A stretch of DNA of 64,000 nt from NCBI GenBank assembly GCA_013265495.1, contig MU058844.1, positions 11,120,184 through 11,184,183 of the forward strand. The letters are read 5' to 3'. Below are positions 39,784 through 52,760 of this stretch, piece by piece. This DNA comes from Vicugna vicugna (lineage: Eukaryota). The notes beneath the pieces are model-generated. The model did not search any database, was not told where the DNA came from, and was given only the letters and a program-made list of their open reading frames with translations. Each line of letters opens with the position of its first letter. The stretch's first letter is position 1. The translations under genes and the position numbers were made by a program.

Positions 39784-40384
39784 GTACTGGCCCCTGGAGA
39801 GGCAGAAGCCCAGGGGTGGGGAAGATCAGACCCTGGCAGAGACGTCAGTGCCAAGCTTCTGGGGGTGGCTGCTGATAGCACACGTTCACTGGGACTGTAA
39901 GGCTTGTACAGCTCCCCCAAGGATACAGAACAGCAGCAAAGACGAAAGGAGAAAAAACACTACCACCAGCACCACCAGCCACCCGTTTTACATTTAAATG
40001 CTTCATCAATAACGGATGTTCCAAAATATACTATTCTTCTTCTATTAAGAATCCTGATTTTATATGTGCATATAGCTACATAGATACAAATGTGTTAATA
40101 TATTTAAAGCCCATTTAAACAGAACCTTTTGGAAGATAAGGAAATTCACTCATTGTTCTAAAAACAGGTCAATAAAAGGGAAGAATCAAACACTTTTACC
40201 CTGAATCCCCTATCTGGAGTATGGCTCGGACATGGAGATTCTGCCAAGTTCCTTGGTGAAGCTCTTGTGTAGCCAAGGTTGAGGACCATGATTCTAGATG
40301 GAACTATCAGTCTGTAGGGTATCACGAAGTACAGAGGAGTGTGGTGGATGACATCATGGAGGGGAAATCAGCAAAATCCCACAC

Positions 40385-40550
40385 TCTAAGGTCTTGTTTT
40401 TAAACCATGGCCTGTGCAGCTCCGGCACTAGGTGGGAACTAGTTAGAAATGCAGACTCTCAGGCCTCAGCCCAGACCTACTGACTCGGAATCCGCACTTC
40501 AACACCATCCTCAGGTGAGTTATAGGTACGTTTCTATCTGAGAAGCACTG
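40385..40550. mobile_element. MER5A-like hAT-Charlie MITE (second fragment at ~40200-40290)
   Basis: gggaactagttagaaatgcagactctcaggcctcagcccagacctactgactcggaatccgcac...tgagaagcactg. Confidence 0.9.
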
Positions 40551-40559
40551 CCCCTGAAG

Positions 40560-41045
40560 CAACAAGAGACTGGTTTCTTTAACGGCTCAAGAGTAGGGAG
40601 GAAACAGAGAGGAAACTTACTAACTGGTACGTGAAAGATCTATCAGTACATGAAACGTGGGAATGAGGGTACTGAGTCACAAACTTACTCAGAGAGCACA
40701 TGCTTATTCAGAAATAATGGAAACATCTGAACTGACTATTTGATGACATTAATAAATTATTAATTCTTGCGATGTTATGAAGGTCTTATAAAAGATAGGG
40801 GACCTTACTATCATCCAGTGATACGTGATAAAGTATCTATGGATTAAAGTTGATGAAGTTCGGGATTTGCTTCAAAATAGCTCAGACCGGGAGGAGGAAA
40901 GCAGACAGGGTAAAGGGGAAAAGATTAGACACGTAGGTAATAAATGACAATGGGTGAGGAAAACATAAGGCAGGTCTACAACACTATTCATTTTGATGCT
41001 ATGTATGCGTACAGTTTTCCATTACAGCAAGTTTCCTTTAAAAAA
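40560..41045 (+). mobile_element. L1MC-type 3'UTR fragment
   Basis: catctgaactgactatttgatgacattaataaattatt...gggatttgcttcaaaata...ttttccattacagcaagtt. Confidence 0.7.
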
Positions 41046-41419
41046 AAAAAGGACATTAAGTGACTGCTCAAATTCTGTAACAAAAAATTATTGATGTACG
41101 AATTCAAGTTAGGTTTGTTTCCCTCCAGGATCTGTGCTTGTACCCTTCTGTTGACATCGCCCCATCTCCAGAGTCCTCAATGCCTCTCAGTACTGCCGCC
41201 CGCTCGCTTGCTGTATACTGTGTGTCAGGCATTGTGTTATGCTGCAGGTACACAGGTTTTTCAGGAAGTCACAATAAAGGGGAAAGAGAAAGATAAACAT
41301 GGGAAGTACTCTAATAAAAGCATGAGCAGAGTCCTGGGACAGGTAAGAGGAACTACCTTGGGCAGCAACACCCTCCTGTTTCACAGAAGGAACGGCATTT
41401 GAGGGGTTCCTAGTTTGAA

Positions 41420-42300
41420 TGTTGACAGGTAATATTGCCTAGATGAAGAAATTGTGAAAAAGCCCAGAATACTCTTGGATGGTAATAATCCAACTTGAAA
41501 GTAAGAGACGTCAAGGCAATGACGTGCTTGCAGATGAGCATGAAGCAGTAGCAGGAGCCAGGATAGGAAGGTGGATCACAATGGCCTGGGTCATCGCTGT
41601 ACCCCAGGCATCCAGCACAATGAATGGCACACGGTACACGAATGAATGGTTTTACCACATGGTCAATCAGGAGTCCTCGGGTACCTTTAATGTTGGTGAC
41701 ATGATTGTAGATTTAGAAAAATAGCAATGCCAACAGTGTGGAGAACTGTCTAGATGGATGAACAGTGGAGGAGTGGAGCAGAAGTTTGCTCTAAGAGATC
41801 AGGAGTCATGGTGGGTGCCTCCCCTACAGAGGTGACAGTACGGATGACTGGAGATCAGCGTTCAAAGATACTTCTGGAGATTAGTAATACAGAGGGACTG
41901 GATGTGACCACGCCCAGAAAAAAACATAGTACTGGATGATTCTATTCTAACTTATAAGACTGGGTTTTTAAGGCACTTTACTGTAGCACAGGGGAAGAGC
42001 AAAAGCTTTTCCTTGAAAAGGACTTTGATTAAGTTAAGTCTAAGATGCTTAAGGTCAGTATTAAAATGATAAACCTGGAGCTATCTAAGAAAGGCAGAAA
42101 ACTTGTGTGGGAGGCCTTTGCATATCAACAAATAAAAATCCTGAGAAGATGATACTTAAATTTCATTGAAATCTTCTTGAGAGCAAGGTACTCAGTATAT
42201 TTCATTTAGATGACAACTGAAGTCACAGGGGTAGAGAGAAAATAAATCACTGAAGGAGACAGAAAAAGAGCTAAGACAGTATCTTGAACCGAAAATGTCT
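41420..42300 (-). mobile_element. L2 fragments
   Basis: gactggagatcagcgttcaaagatactt...taagatgcttaagg...aaggtactcagtatatttcatttagatgacaactgaagtc. Confidence 0.5.
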
Positions 42301-44304
42301 TGTCCCTTACTGCTGTCTTCACAGTGTTTCCCCTCTCATTCCTAATGCTTGCAAAATGCCAGTGTCTCCGCTCCTTATGGCCTCCCGTCCTTTACTTTCC
42401 TTTTCCCCAGGCCTATAATCCCCTTCTAGCTTCACTTCCCCCTTAGTTGGGTTTCTTAACACATCTTTCAATGATGTGTCTAATGGCTCCTAAGAATTTC
42501 TCCATCCAGAAACCTGAGAGACCCTGAATGAACCATTTGTTTTCTTCATTTCCTAACACTGAAACGCTCAGTACTGTGAGAAAATGTCTCAGTGCCATGT
42601 CAGTTCACGCGTTTATTTTATTTTTTTTTAATTCAGCTGCTTTAACAAAGGTCTAGTAAAATCCTCCATTAGAATAGAACCATTCTATTTTGGAAGCAGT
42701 ATGGGAGTCCAAGAAGGGTAAGGGGAGAGGGGGATGAGAAGAAAGGGAGGGAAGAAAGATACACAACAAAACTGCTAGACTTCTCACACCATTCATTCAC
42801 CAATTGCACCAGAGAAGACAGAAGAGAGATCGCCCTCAAGTGCACTGGACTTTTTACCCCTTTGTTCACAAAGTTCAACCAATGAGCATAGTGGCCGCTA
42901 ACATTTCAAGACCTCAGTTCACAGCAGTGGTCGCCTTTCTTGGGGTTGTGTGAAAGGGATGGGGCTGGTGGGGATGCTCCTCTCAACTTGCCTTAACTTA
43001 GATTCTCCACTTCCCCTTTATCTTTTGGGGAGACCTCAGTCCTGCTCTTACCCTTCACGTTTGGGGTTTTCTAGGGTGAGACTCTGGCTGGGCAATTTAG
43101 GAAGGCATTGGTAACCTGTGTAAAGCAGTGTCCTGCTTTTACAGACCGAGAAAGAGTTCAGGTCACCAAGTACTAAGGCAAGCCTGAGGCTGAGCAGTGA
43201 GTGACTGCTGTGAGAGTAGGCATTTACGTAAGATTTGGGGTAGTTCATAAAGGGAGAAAGAATAGTCTAGACTTTGCATTACTGCCAGCTTTTCATTTTA
43301 GTCTCCGGGGTGATAAAACAATCTGAAATATTCTGTTAAAAAAAAAGTCAGTGTAGTGTTTTGGCATGTTAAAGACAAGTGATAAATGTTCAGTGGTGGT
43401 ATCTCAAAGAAATGGTTCAATTATTTCAACTTCAACTTCAGTCTTGGTTTTCATCTTGCTTCACATAGTTATAGAATACAGGCTAGTTGCCTCTGACTCT
43501 ACTGAAATACTTATTTTTCCAATTCTGATCCTCTCCAATTTTTCAAATAAGAATGATACCAGCAACTCTTTTACCCAACAGGGAATTTTGTAAAATTAAT
43601 TGAGATTTACTAGATAATCTTTATCCTATTACTTTTTTCTCTATTAGACATTCACAGTAATATAAAATTAAGGAAGCAGAAGTCATTCCATGCATTCGAA
43701 TGTTGAACTAGTTCAGCCCCTGTTAGCTTTAGGTTTGCCCAGAAGTCAAGCATTTGAGATTCAGAAGACTTCAGAAAATACAAGAAACATATTTGCAAAG
43801 ACAAAAATTTACAAGACTGCTTGTCTTCTTTCAAGCAGCAGCTACTCAAGAACCCTTATATTCCTTTCAATATAGTTGACTTTTAAAACGTCAACTCTTG
43901 GAAGAGAAAAATGAAAGATGTCTGCTTGCAAATTTAAGAAAACCATTTGGGGATGTGTGGGAGGCAAATGACACATCTGGGCTCCTCTTACAGGCCTCAG
44001 TGTAATGGGCTCCAAATTCCACGAGGAAGGGAGTACAGCCTTCCTCCTCACTCCCTCCATCCTCCATCCAGATGGCTTCCTTGTTAAGGATGAGAAAATC
44101 ATTTTTCCTCTGCGCTTGGCTAGAAGTGGAATTTGTTATACAACATTACCTTCTCCAGGTAAGGGCTGAGGGAGACAGTTCAGCCCATAAAACACCGAGT
44201 AAATTGGCCATTGTTGAGAGGACCATCTGTGATGGGAAGTGGAAAGTAACAGCACCGAGCAGGGTTCATGGGACTGTTTCAGAAATCTTATAGGCACAAT
44301 ACTT

Positions 44305-45320
44305 ACAAGAGGAGTTTCTGATATACAGAGAATGCATGCAACTCAATAGCAAAACAAACAAACAAAAAAGAAAAGAAAGGAAAAAAAAAAGACAAAAATT
44401 CAATTAAAAAATTAGCAGAAGATCTGAACAGACATTTTTTTAAAGAAGAAATACAGATGGTCAAGATTTCACTGATCATCAGGGAAATGCAAATCAAAAC
44501 CACAATGAGATAACCTCACACCTGTTAGAATGGCTCTTATCAAAAAGACAATAACAAGTGTTAGTAAGAATGGAGAGAAAAGGGAACCCCTGTGCACTGT
44601 TGGTGGGAATGTAAATTGGTGCAGCCACTAGGGAAAATAGTATCGAGGTGCCTCAAAAAATTAAAAATAGAGCTATCCTAAGATCCAGCAATTCTACATC
44701 TGGGGATTTACCTGAAGAAAATGAAAACACCAATTTGAAAAGATATCTTCACCCCCATGTTCATTGCAATATTTACAGTAGCAAAGATATGGAAATAACT
44801 TAAGTGTCCATCGATAAGTAAGCAGAAAAAGATACAGTATGCATTATTCGGCCATGAAAAAGAATAAAATCTTGCCATTTGTGATAACATGGATGAAGCC
44901 TGAAGGCGTTATACTAAGTGAAATAAATTAGAGAAAGAGAAATACTGTATAATCTCACCTGTATATGGAATCTCAAGCAAAAAAGAGCTCATAGAGACAG
45001 AGAACAGATTGGTGGTTGCCAGCAGTGGGTGGGGCTAGACAAAATGGGTAAAAGTTTCAAAATGTACAAACTTCCAGTTGTAAAATAAGTAACTGGAATG
45101 TGATGTACTGGATAGTGATTACAACTAATATTATACTGCATATTTGAAAGTTGCTAAGAGTAAATCTTAATAACTATCACAAGAATACCTACACTTCTAA
45201 TCATTTTGCAATTATACAAATACTGAATTATTATATTATGTATGGTACATCTAAAAGTAATATAATGCTCTGTGATAATTATATCTCAATTTTTTAAAGG
45301 AAAAAACGAACAAAAAGAAT
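44305..45320 (+). mobile_element. L1MA-type (L1MA9-like) ORF2 end plus 3'UTR and A tail
   Basis: gcagaagatctgaacagacatttt...agggaaatgcaaatcaaaaccacaatgaga...cactgttggtgggaatgtaaattggtgcagccac...tttgaaagttgctaagagtaaatctta. Confidence 0.92.
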
Positions 45321-46234
45321 AGTCTTGGCTTCCAGGCATCTATCTGTTCACCTAATAGCAACAAAAAAATGGTTAGAGGCTTAATTAACATCATTAATGA
45401 AAATCATTTTGCCTTACTTCTTTCTTTTTGAAGTGGGATTTCGCTACGGAAGTCCTTGGTTCATGTTTCTATTTCACTCAAAATATAGGCAATTACCTTG
45501 TTCACCAATTCACTGCTAACTTGCATGTGGAAGCAAGTCGTCTGATTAAGCTGTGTATTGTGTAGTTTGATAGTTGAAGTACCAACTCCCTCAAGGAGCT
45601 GAGGGTAGGACTGGCAGCATCATCAGATGTGAATTACAAAGAATTCTTCCCTGTTTTTCTTAGTCTTTTGTTTTAGGAAGAAAGGTGTTGGTGAAGCACA
45701 TCAACAGGAAGTCACAGAATGAGAACTTCTTTAAACACTTGTCTGCCATCTAACTGCACTACTGCGGGGGGATTGGCAGACTCTCTTGGCTTTTAAGCCG
45801 AAGTCTTTGTGTTTGTCAAAAGTGGCTTTCCGTCTAAGGCAATTTTCCATGAGCCTAGGATGCACATACTGTACAATTCAGAAGAAAACTCTCTTCCTAC
45901 CCTTTTATTATTGTTATAGAAATTTTGGGACAAATCCTGAGTTGTGTAGTCTGTGTTTATAGGCTTGAAATTTTCCACTGCTTTTTTGCTGGGGTTTTTT
46001 TTTTTTTAAGCACTCCAGTATTACACAGTGTTTTTTAGTGTATTTCATTTAAAATGATACAATGTTCTGGAAGAAAAACAAGAAACAATAGACTAGAATC
46101 TATTCCACTAGGAAGGATCTAGGCATTTAATTTTCAGGGCTGGCATAAAAAAGTGCACAGAAAAAAAAATTTGTTTGAATTACCTTAAAAGTAAAATATC
46201 CCATTTGTTCTTGGTTACTGTGAATTTTTTTATT

Positions 46235-46405
46235 TTCATTTTTTAAAATTGAAGTATAGTTGATTTACAGCGTTGCATTTGTTTCTGGTTACAGCATACT
46301 GATTCAGTTATACATATGTATTTTTTCATATTCTTTTTCATTACAGGTTACTTGCAAGCCACTGACTGTAGTTCCCTGTGCTATACAGTAGGATCTTGTT
46401 GTTAC
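46235..46405 (-). mobile_element. Short cetartiodactyl-type L1 3' end
   Basis: ttgaagtatagttgatttacag...gttccctgtgctatacagtagga. Confidence 0.85.
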
Positions 46406-46947
46406 TTTGTATTTTATTGTAAAAAAATTCCTCTATGTTTGGGAGACTATGAAATCCTATCACATTCATACTAAATGAAATCAGCTATTTCATGGTTTCT
46501 GATTATCACCATTCACATTCCCAGGAGCAACTTTTAATTGGAGATTAATTTGTAAAGGATAGGATGCTCACTGGATCATCCAAATCAAAGGTACAGATTT
46601 TTTAAAAATGATGAAACTAATACCTTTAAAATAAAATAATCAGAATTACTGTAGATTAAAATAACAACACTCTTGCCATTTAATTTCATTTATTCATAAA
46701 TTTTACTAAGTACTATCTATAAATTATTTGGTAAAATTTGTATGTAATTTAACCATTTTACAAGAGATGAATTTAAGAGATGAATGATGAATTTCATTAT
46801 CATTAACTTTCACACGTATACAGAGAATCAGCGCACGGTTTAAGGAAGTAGATCATGAATAATCACAGCAAAGTCCCGTGCTCCAGCAGCAAGCATGCAC
46901 GACAGGAAAGCATTCATCAAATTATCCTCCTAAAATGACTGCTTTAG

Positions 46948-47585
46948 GCTCTGGTTCAAGATGGTGATAAAAAGAAATCCTGAACTCACCCCATCCCGTG
47001 GTCACATTCAATCTACAGCTACAAAGAGAACAATAGACTTGGAGAGGGGAGAGAAAAAGAGACAAGAAAACCTAAGAAACCAGCACAGCAACTCCTTCAT
47101 ATCTGGCAACTGAGAAAAAAAACCTCAATCAACGTAGGTAGGAAAGGCTGTGAGCCATAACCTAGCCTTAAACCCCACCCTCCAGCACCATCCGGAGGAA
47201 ACTCAAACCTGGAACCTCTCCCTGAGTTTAGCATTCGTGCCCCGTATCAAGCACCCCAACTTTTAAGACGTACACTGAGAAACAAGCCCCCGAAACATCT
47301 AGCCTGAAAACCAGCAGGGTCCATGCTCATGAGACGCGTGGGGCTGCGGAGAAATGAGAAGCAACTGTTAAAGGGCTTAGACAGGGACCCACTGGCCCCA
47401 GAGCGCAGGGCAGAAGCAGGTGTGTGAAAAGGGTTTACAAAAAACAGGCTCACTCATTATGTACAGTGATGGATGTTAATTAGCCTTACTGTGGTGATCA
47501 CTTCCCAAAATATACAAATATTGAATCAATATGTTGCATAACTGAAAATAATATAATATTACATGCCAATTCTATTTTAACAAAG
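46948..47585 (+). mobile_element. L1 5'UTR (~46948-47445) joined directly to an L1 3' end (~47450-47585)
   Basis: caagatggtg...cctgaactcaccccatcccgtggtcacattcaatctacagctaca (5'UTR-like), then atgtacagtgatggatgttaattagccttactgtggtgatcac...aatattgaatca (3' end). Confidence 0.75.
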
Positions 47586-48976
47586 AATACTCTTATGATT
47601 TGGGCCTGAGCAGCACAGAGTAAACAGCAGTTACTTAACGAGATAGAAACAACCTGGAAAGCAACACCCATTTTGTTGAGATGCCTAATAGGAATCAAAG
47701 TGGTAGTTAACTGAGTTTAAACTTAAAGAGGTAAGAGACAGATTTTAAGTTCTGAACCCATTTTCTTATGGATAGATAGCATTTTAGAGTCATGGAAATC
47801 AATGTTACTATTCAGGGAGTAGCATGATAAAGTATGGACAGACATCTCTTTCAAGGATTTTTGCTGTAAGAGAAACTCTCAGAAAAACAGCTGCCTAGAC
47901 ACATTCACTGAACACCTGTGCTGTGTGATGACATGTATATACTGATACAGGCCTCAGGTGATGAGGGAAGCCATTTTTTGAAATGTGATAAACAGCTTTT
48001 TCTCTTAAGGAACATAACATCCAAGGCTAGCATTCCCAACTCTAGTTTTTCATCCCTTCATGTCACATAATTTCCCAACTAAACAAAATCAATAGTTTCT
48101 AGTTTAAAAATGTCTCTGACAGGAAGATTCTCATACAGCCAATACAACTTCTCTCAACCTGCCACTAAGATATCCATAAAGTTGGTTTTAAAAAAAACAC
48201 AGATTCACAACTTTGGAAACGAAGACTGTCAGAAAACATAGTAACAGAACGTGAGAGGAATTGATGTTAATTATTAAGCAAAGAGAACTCAAGTAGGGAA
48301 CACTCACGTAGCACAGCTCAACCTTACTTCAAGCGTTATTTTACATACAAAGTGGAGACCAGATTTGCAAGTGCCTCAAGCAGGCAAAACCATTCAAGCC
48401 ACATAAGCAAAACTGAAAGCTAGTTTATTCTATGAACATAAGCAAAACTTAATTTAGGTTATTTCTTGTAAATACCTTCGACAGTCATATAAAAAACTTC
48501 AGTCATCTTCCTAAAAATGGTATGAGATAATCACTTTGAACCAACCCCCTGCCTTCTGGAGTACCCTCATTGTAAAAATCCATCATTATGAAGATCAAAC
48601 AATTTCCTTGTTTTCATTTTATAATCCATCCTGTAACATTTCATGCCTTGATTCAAATCACTTTTTATTTTTACAGACTCCCAGTTCCTAACCAATCTTA
48701 TAGGCACCAGAAACTCTTACTAAATACTACTTATTGATTTGGAGGTTTAAATTTTGCTATTTCTGGACTTTTGACATGAGAAAGAAATAGTTTAATAAAA
48801 CATATTTCTGATTTCTAGAAAGAAATGGCAGAAAGAAAACAATGATTTTCCTCCCCTCTGAATTCGTACTGAAATGACAGGATGGACTTTATTTGAGACT
48901 TAAGGGAAGAAAAGAAGACAAAAGAGTAAGACAGCAGTGCAATTTTTTAAAACAAAATGTAAAGAGAAAAGAAACA

Positions 48977-49085
48977 ACTTACTTACCGGACGCCAGAGCG
49001 CAGCGCCCCACAGCCATTGCAAAGAAAGCGGAGAAACAAGCCAATTTATACCACCGGTAATCTTAATTATTAGCCGCACCTGGTG
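48977..49085 (-). promoter_or_regulatory. Candidate TATA promoter / short first exon with strong splice donor
   Basis: Minus-strand TATAAA at 49050-49045, YR start candidates at ~49020-49018, CCG|GTAAGT donor (exon end 48987), and 7 CpGs in ~90 bp. Confidence 0.4.
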
Positions 49086-49324
49086 CCTCCCAAGTAGAGG
49101 CATCAGTGCCTCCATCCCATCCCCTACTCCGTGCACCTGGATACCTTTTCCTCTTCAATCCTGGCCTAAGAGAGAAGATTTGTTCTCTGAAGGCAGTAAA
49201 AGAGACATTCTTCAAACCAGGAAAACTCAGGCACAGTTAAAGGCAGGAGTACTAAACCTACAAGATAACTAAATGAATATTTACATCCAGAATGATGAGT
49301 CCAAATCAACTATCTACATGTCAG

Positions 49325-50430
49325 AACTAAATCACAAAACTCTTAGGTGAAAACGAAGGTGTAAATCTTCATAACTCTGGATTAGACAATGTTTTCTTAG
49401 GTATGACACCAAATGCACAAGCAATAGAGAAAAACAGAAAAATTGGACTTACTCAAAATTAAAAACTTTGGGCTTTAAAGGACATTAGCAAGAAAGTAAA
49501 AAGACAACTCACAGAATAAATATTGGCAAATCATGTATGTGATGAGGGTCTACTATGAAGAATATATAAGAAACTGCTGATTCAACAATGAAAAGACAAC
49601 TCAATTTTAAAATTGGCAAAGGATTTGAATAAAAATTCCCCAAAAAGATGTGCTAATGGCTAATAAGCACATGAGAGATGTTTAACATCATTAGCCTTTC
49701 GGGAAATGCTAATCAAAACCACAATGAGACGCCCACTAGGATGGTTACAATTAAAAAAAAAACAGCAAGTTTTGGTGAGAATGAGGAGAAACTGAACCCT
49801 GAAACATTGCTGGCAGGAATGTAAAATGGCGCAGCTGCTTTGAAAAACAGTTCGGCATTTATTCAAAATGTTAGGCATGAAGTTAGCATATAATCCAGTT
49901 ATTCCACTTGTAGGTATACAGCCAAGAAAAATGAATACGTATGTTCACAGAAAGACTTGTACCTGAATGTTCATAGCAGCATTATTTATAACCAAATAGT
50001 GGAAACAACTTTAATGTCCACCAGCTGATAAATGGCTGAACAGAATGTGTATATCCATACAATGGAATATTATCCAACCATAAAAATATATGATGTTCTG
50101 ATACATGCTATAACATGGATGAAACTTGATAACATTCTGCTAAGTAAAAGAAGGCATATTGTATGATCCCACTGATATGAAATGTCCAGAACAGGCAAAT
50201 CTATAGAGACTGAAGGTAGATTAGTGGTTGTCAGAGACGGGGGAATAGGAGGCATAGGATGTGACTCTGAATGGGTATGAAGTTGCTTTGGGGGATGATA
50301 AAAATGTTCTGGAATTAGACAGCAGTGATCAGTACACAATTTTGAGAGTATACTAAAACCCACTGAACTGTACACATTAAAAAACAAAAGTGAACTATGA
50401 GAATTACATCTCAATAAAGTTATTTTTTTA
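49325..50430 (+). mobile_element. L1MB-type ORF2 end plus 3'UTR
   Basis: ggtgtaaatcttcataactctggattagacaatg...gaatgttcatagcagcattattt...aggcaaatctatagagactgaaggtagattagtggttg...tacatctcaataaagtt. Confidence 0.92.
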
Positions 50431-50771
50431 AAAGAAGAAAAAATAAAATAAAATGATTGCCTTAAATTGATCCAAAGAGGACTTTTTTTCCCTGAAGCAT
50501 TGATTCTAGTGAAAAAAATAAAATCAAAATTCTGCAAAACATACCAGATTGTGTGTTCTCCCTTTGGTTCCTAATATCTACACTTTGTTCTCCTGACGGC
50601 CAAACTTTGGCCTTCTCTTACTGTTTTTTTTTTGTATTTTGAGTCAAAATATTTTCATCTATGCTAATCTTGTAACATAACATGTCAGTGATAATTGTGT
50701 AATTATTGTGTCCATCCAGTCCCACTCCCCACTCCCCACAGAACGCCAACTGGGCTTTTGTATTTGGATAT

Positions 50772-50801
50772 ACTACCACTACCACCACCACCACCACCAC
50801 T
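50772..50801. repeat. (ACC/ACT)n microsatellite
   Basis: actaccactaccaccaccaccaccaccact. Confidence 0.9.
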
Positions 50802-52179
50802 AGCTGTCTCATGCTGAATACATTTTCTGAATTTTCTGTCCTCAAGCTTATTCTTCATTGTTCTTTTCCTTGCTCTCCATGTCCTTCCCTATTACATTCA
50901 CATGAAACTGTCATGTAATATTCATCCCATCCAATGCTTCATGTTTGTTTCTTCTGATGTCACTCTACTTCAAGACCATACCACATCAATGATCAATAAT
51001 AATAGTTCTCTTTAGTGCACTCAATGATTAAAATCAACCTCTATTTTCAAACAACCTCTATTTCACCCTGTGCAAATTTGGGGAACATCTTGAATCTTGA
51101 GCTGAAGAGTGTGTCACACTTTTGCTCAAAATGTTTCTATGGCTCCCTATTATACAAAGGATAGAATCTCAAATTCTCATGTTTTCGTAATTAAAACTTA
51201 ACCTTTCTGCTCACTCTTCCACTAAGTCTCTTGAATCATCTACTTCACCGAACTGACTTTTCTTCTAGGAGCTGTTTTGATCGTTTTCCTCTCCACATTT
51301 TATTTATCCTTTAACTTTTTCATTCTCAGTATTACTTCCTCTCACCGTCACGCTACATCTTCGTATGTATCCAATGTAACCCAACCCTCAACCTTATGTA
51401 ATTTCTTCTTTAATCAAAACTATTTATTGAGCACATAGCTTGTGCTACGAACTGTTATATGCTATGAAAGAGTACTAATGAGTAAGGTAGCATCTCTGCC
51501 TCCAAGAAGCATATAGTTCGTGAACAAGGAATCAATTACAATAGTGCAAACAATGAAGAAGATGGACAGCAACCAGCATGCACAGACCACCTGCCAAGCA
51601 CATGGGTTCCAGGCAACCCTGTGAAATCAAGCTGGTTATCCTCACACTTGGAGAAGTGGAGGCTCAGGAAGATTAGGCAACTTGTTTACACAACTAGCAA
51701 TTAGCCACCCAATGGTCTGTGTGAACCCAAAGCTCCCCATTGTGCTATGAGGCGATGAAAACCCTGCCCAGCAATCTTGCTCTTTGGATTCCCTACCATA
51801 TTTTGTCCTGTGTCATATATTTAGCACATGCACTGGGTTAATGATTGTTTCTTATATTTACTCAGAAAAAACACTGCCTGAGCACCTGCAAACTGCCTGA
51901 CATTGGACTAAGTGTTAAGAAATACAAAGATCAACATGATAAAACTCTTGCCTTCAAGAAGCTCCCAGGTTAGTGTGAGAAGAAAGCAGCTAAAGAAACA
52001 TCTTCCAAACCGAGGACTCTATCAGATTGACAGTTCTACCTTTGAAATGTCAAAATCCTCTGTCACCTCCTACCTCTTTAGTGGTTCATCCTGCTGCAGA
52101 ACAGAATCCCTCCAGGCAGGGTCATGTTTGGGCTTTTGGGGAGGAGACTGGGTAGGGCCACCTAACTCTGTAGTGGGGT

Positions 52180-52760
52180 ATCAGGGAAGGTTTGCTTAGT
52201 GAAGGACTATTTCAACAGAATTTAAAAGGAGGACTAGAGTGACTAGGATAATTCCAGGTAATAAAGAATGGAAGCACATTCCAGGGAGAAGATGAATCAT
52301 AGATAAACAGAGTTATGAGATAATACAGCATATTCAAGGAGCAGCCTAAAATCCGGAGTCTACCTGGAGAAAGTGGTAAGAGAAATAGGACTGGAAAAGT
52401 AATCACAATATTTATGTCATGTTAAGTTACTTAACTCTGGGTAGCTTTAAGAAATATTGATGGCTTGTCCCCACTTAAGAGTAATTAAATCCAGAACCCT
52501 AGGGTGAGGGGCTCAGTAGGGAGAAAAGACTGGGCACTGGACTTTAAAAAAAAGTCTATCCAGGGGGTTATGATGAGGAGTCACGGTTGAGTATCAGCGT
52601 TGCAGGCAAAGGAGAACCAAGTAAGTTTAGGAAGCAAAAGGCATGAAATTTGCTCTTTAGACAAAGCCTTCTGGCTACAGAAAATAAACTGAAGGGTGGT
52701 AGAGTAATAGGTAAGGGGTGAGTAAGAGTCTGTTCTAATAGTCCAGACAAAAGATGATAA
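52180..52760 (-). mobile_element. L2 fragment with nested MER5B-like element (~52430-52605)
   Basis: L2: ggaagcacattccagggagaag...aaagccttctggctac...agtccagacaaaagatgata. MER5B-like: tctgggtagctttaagaaatattgatggcttgtcccca...cacggttgagtatcagcg. Confidence 0.7.
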
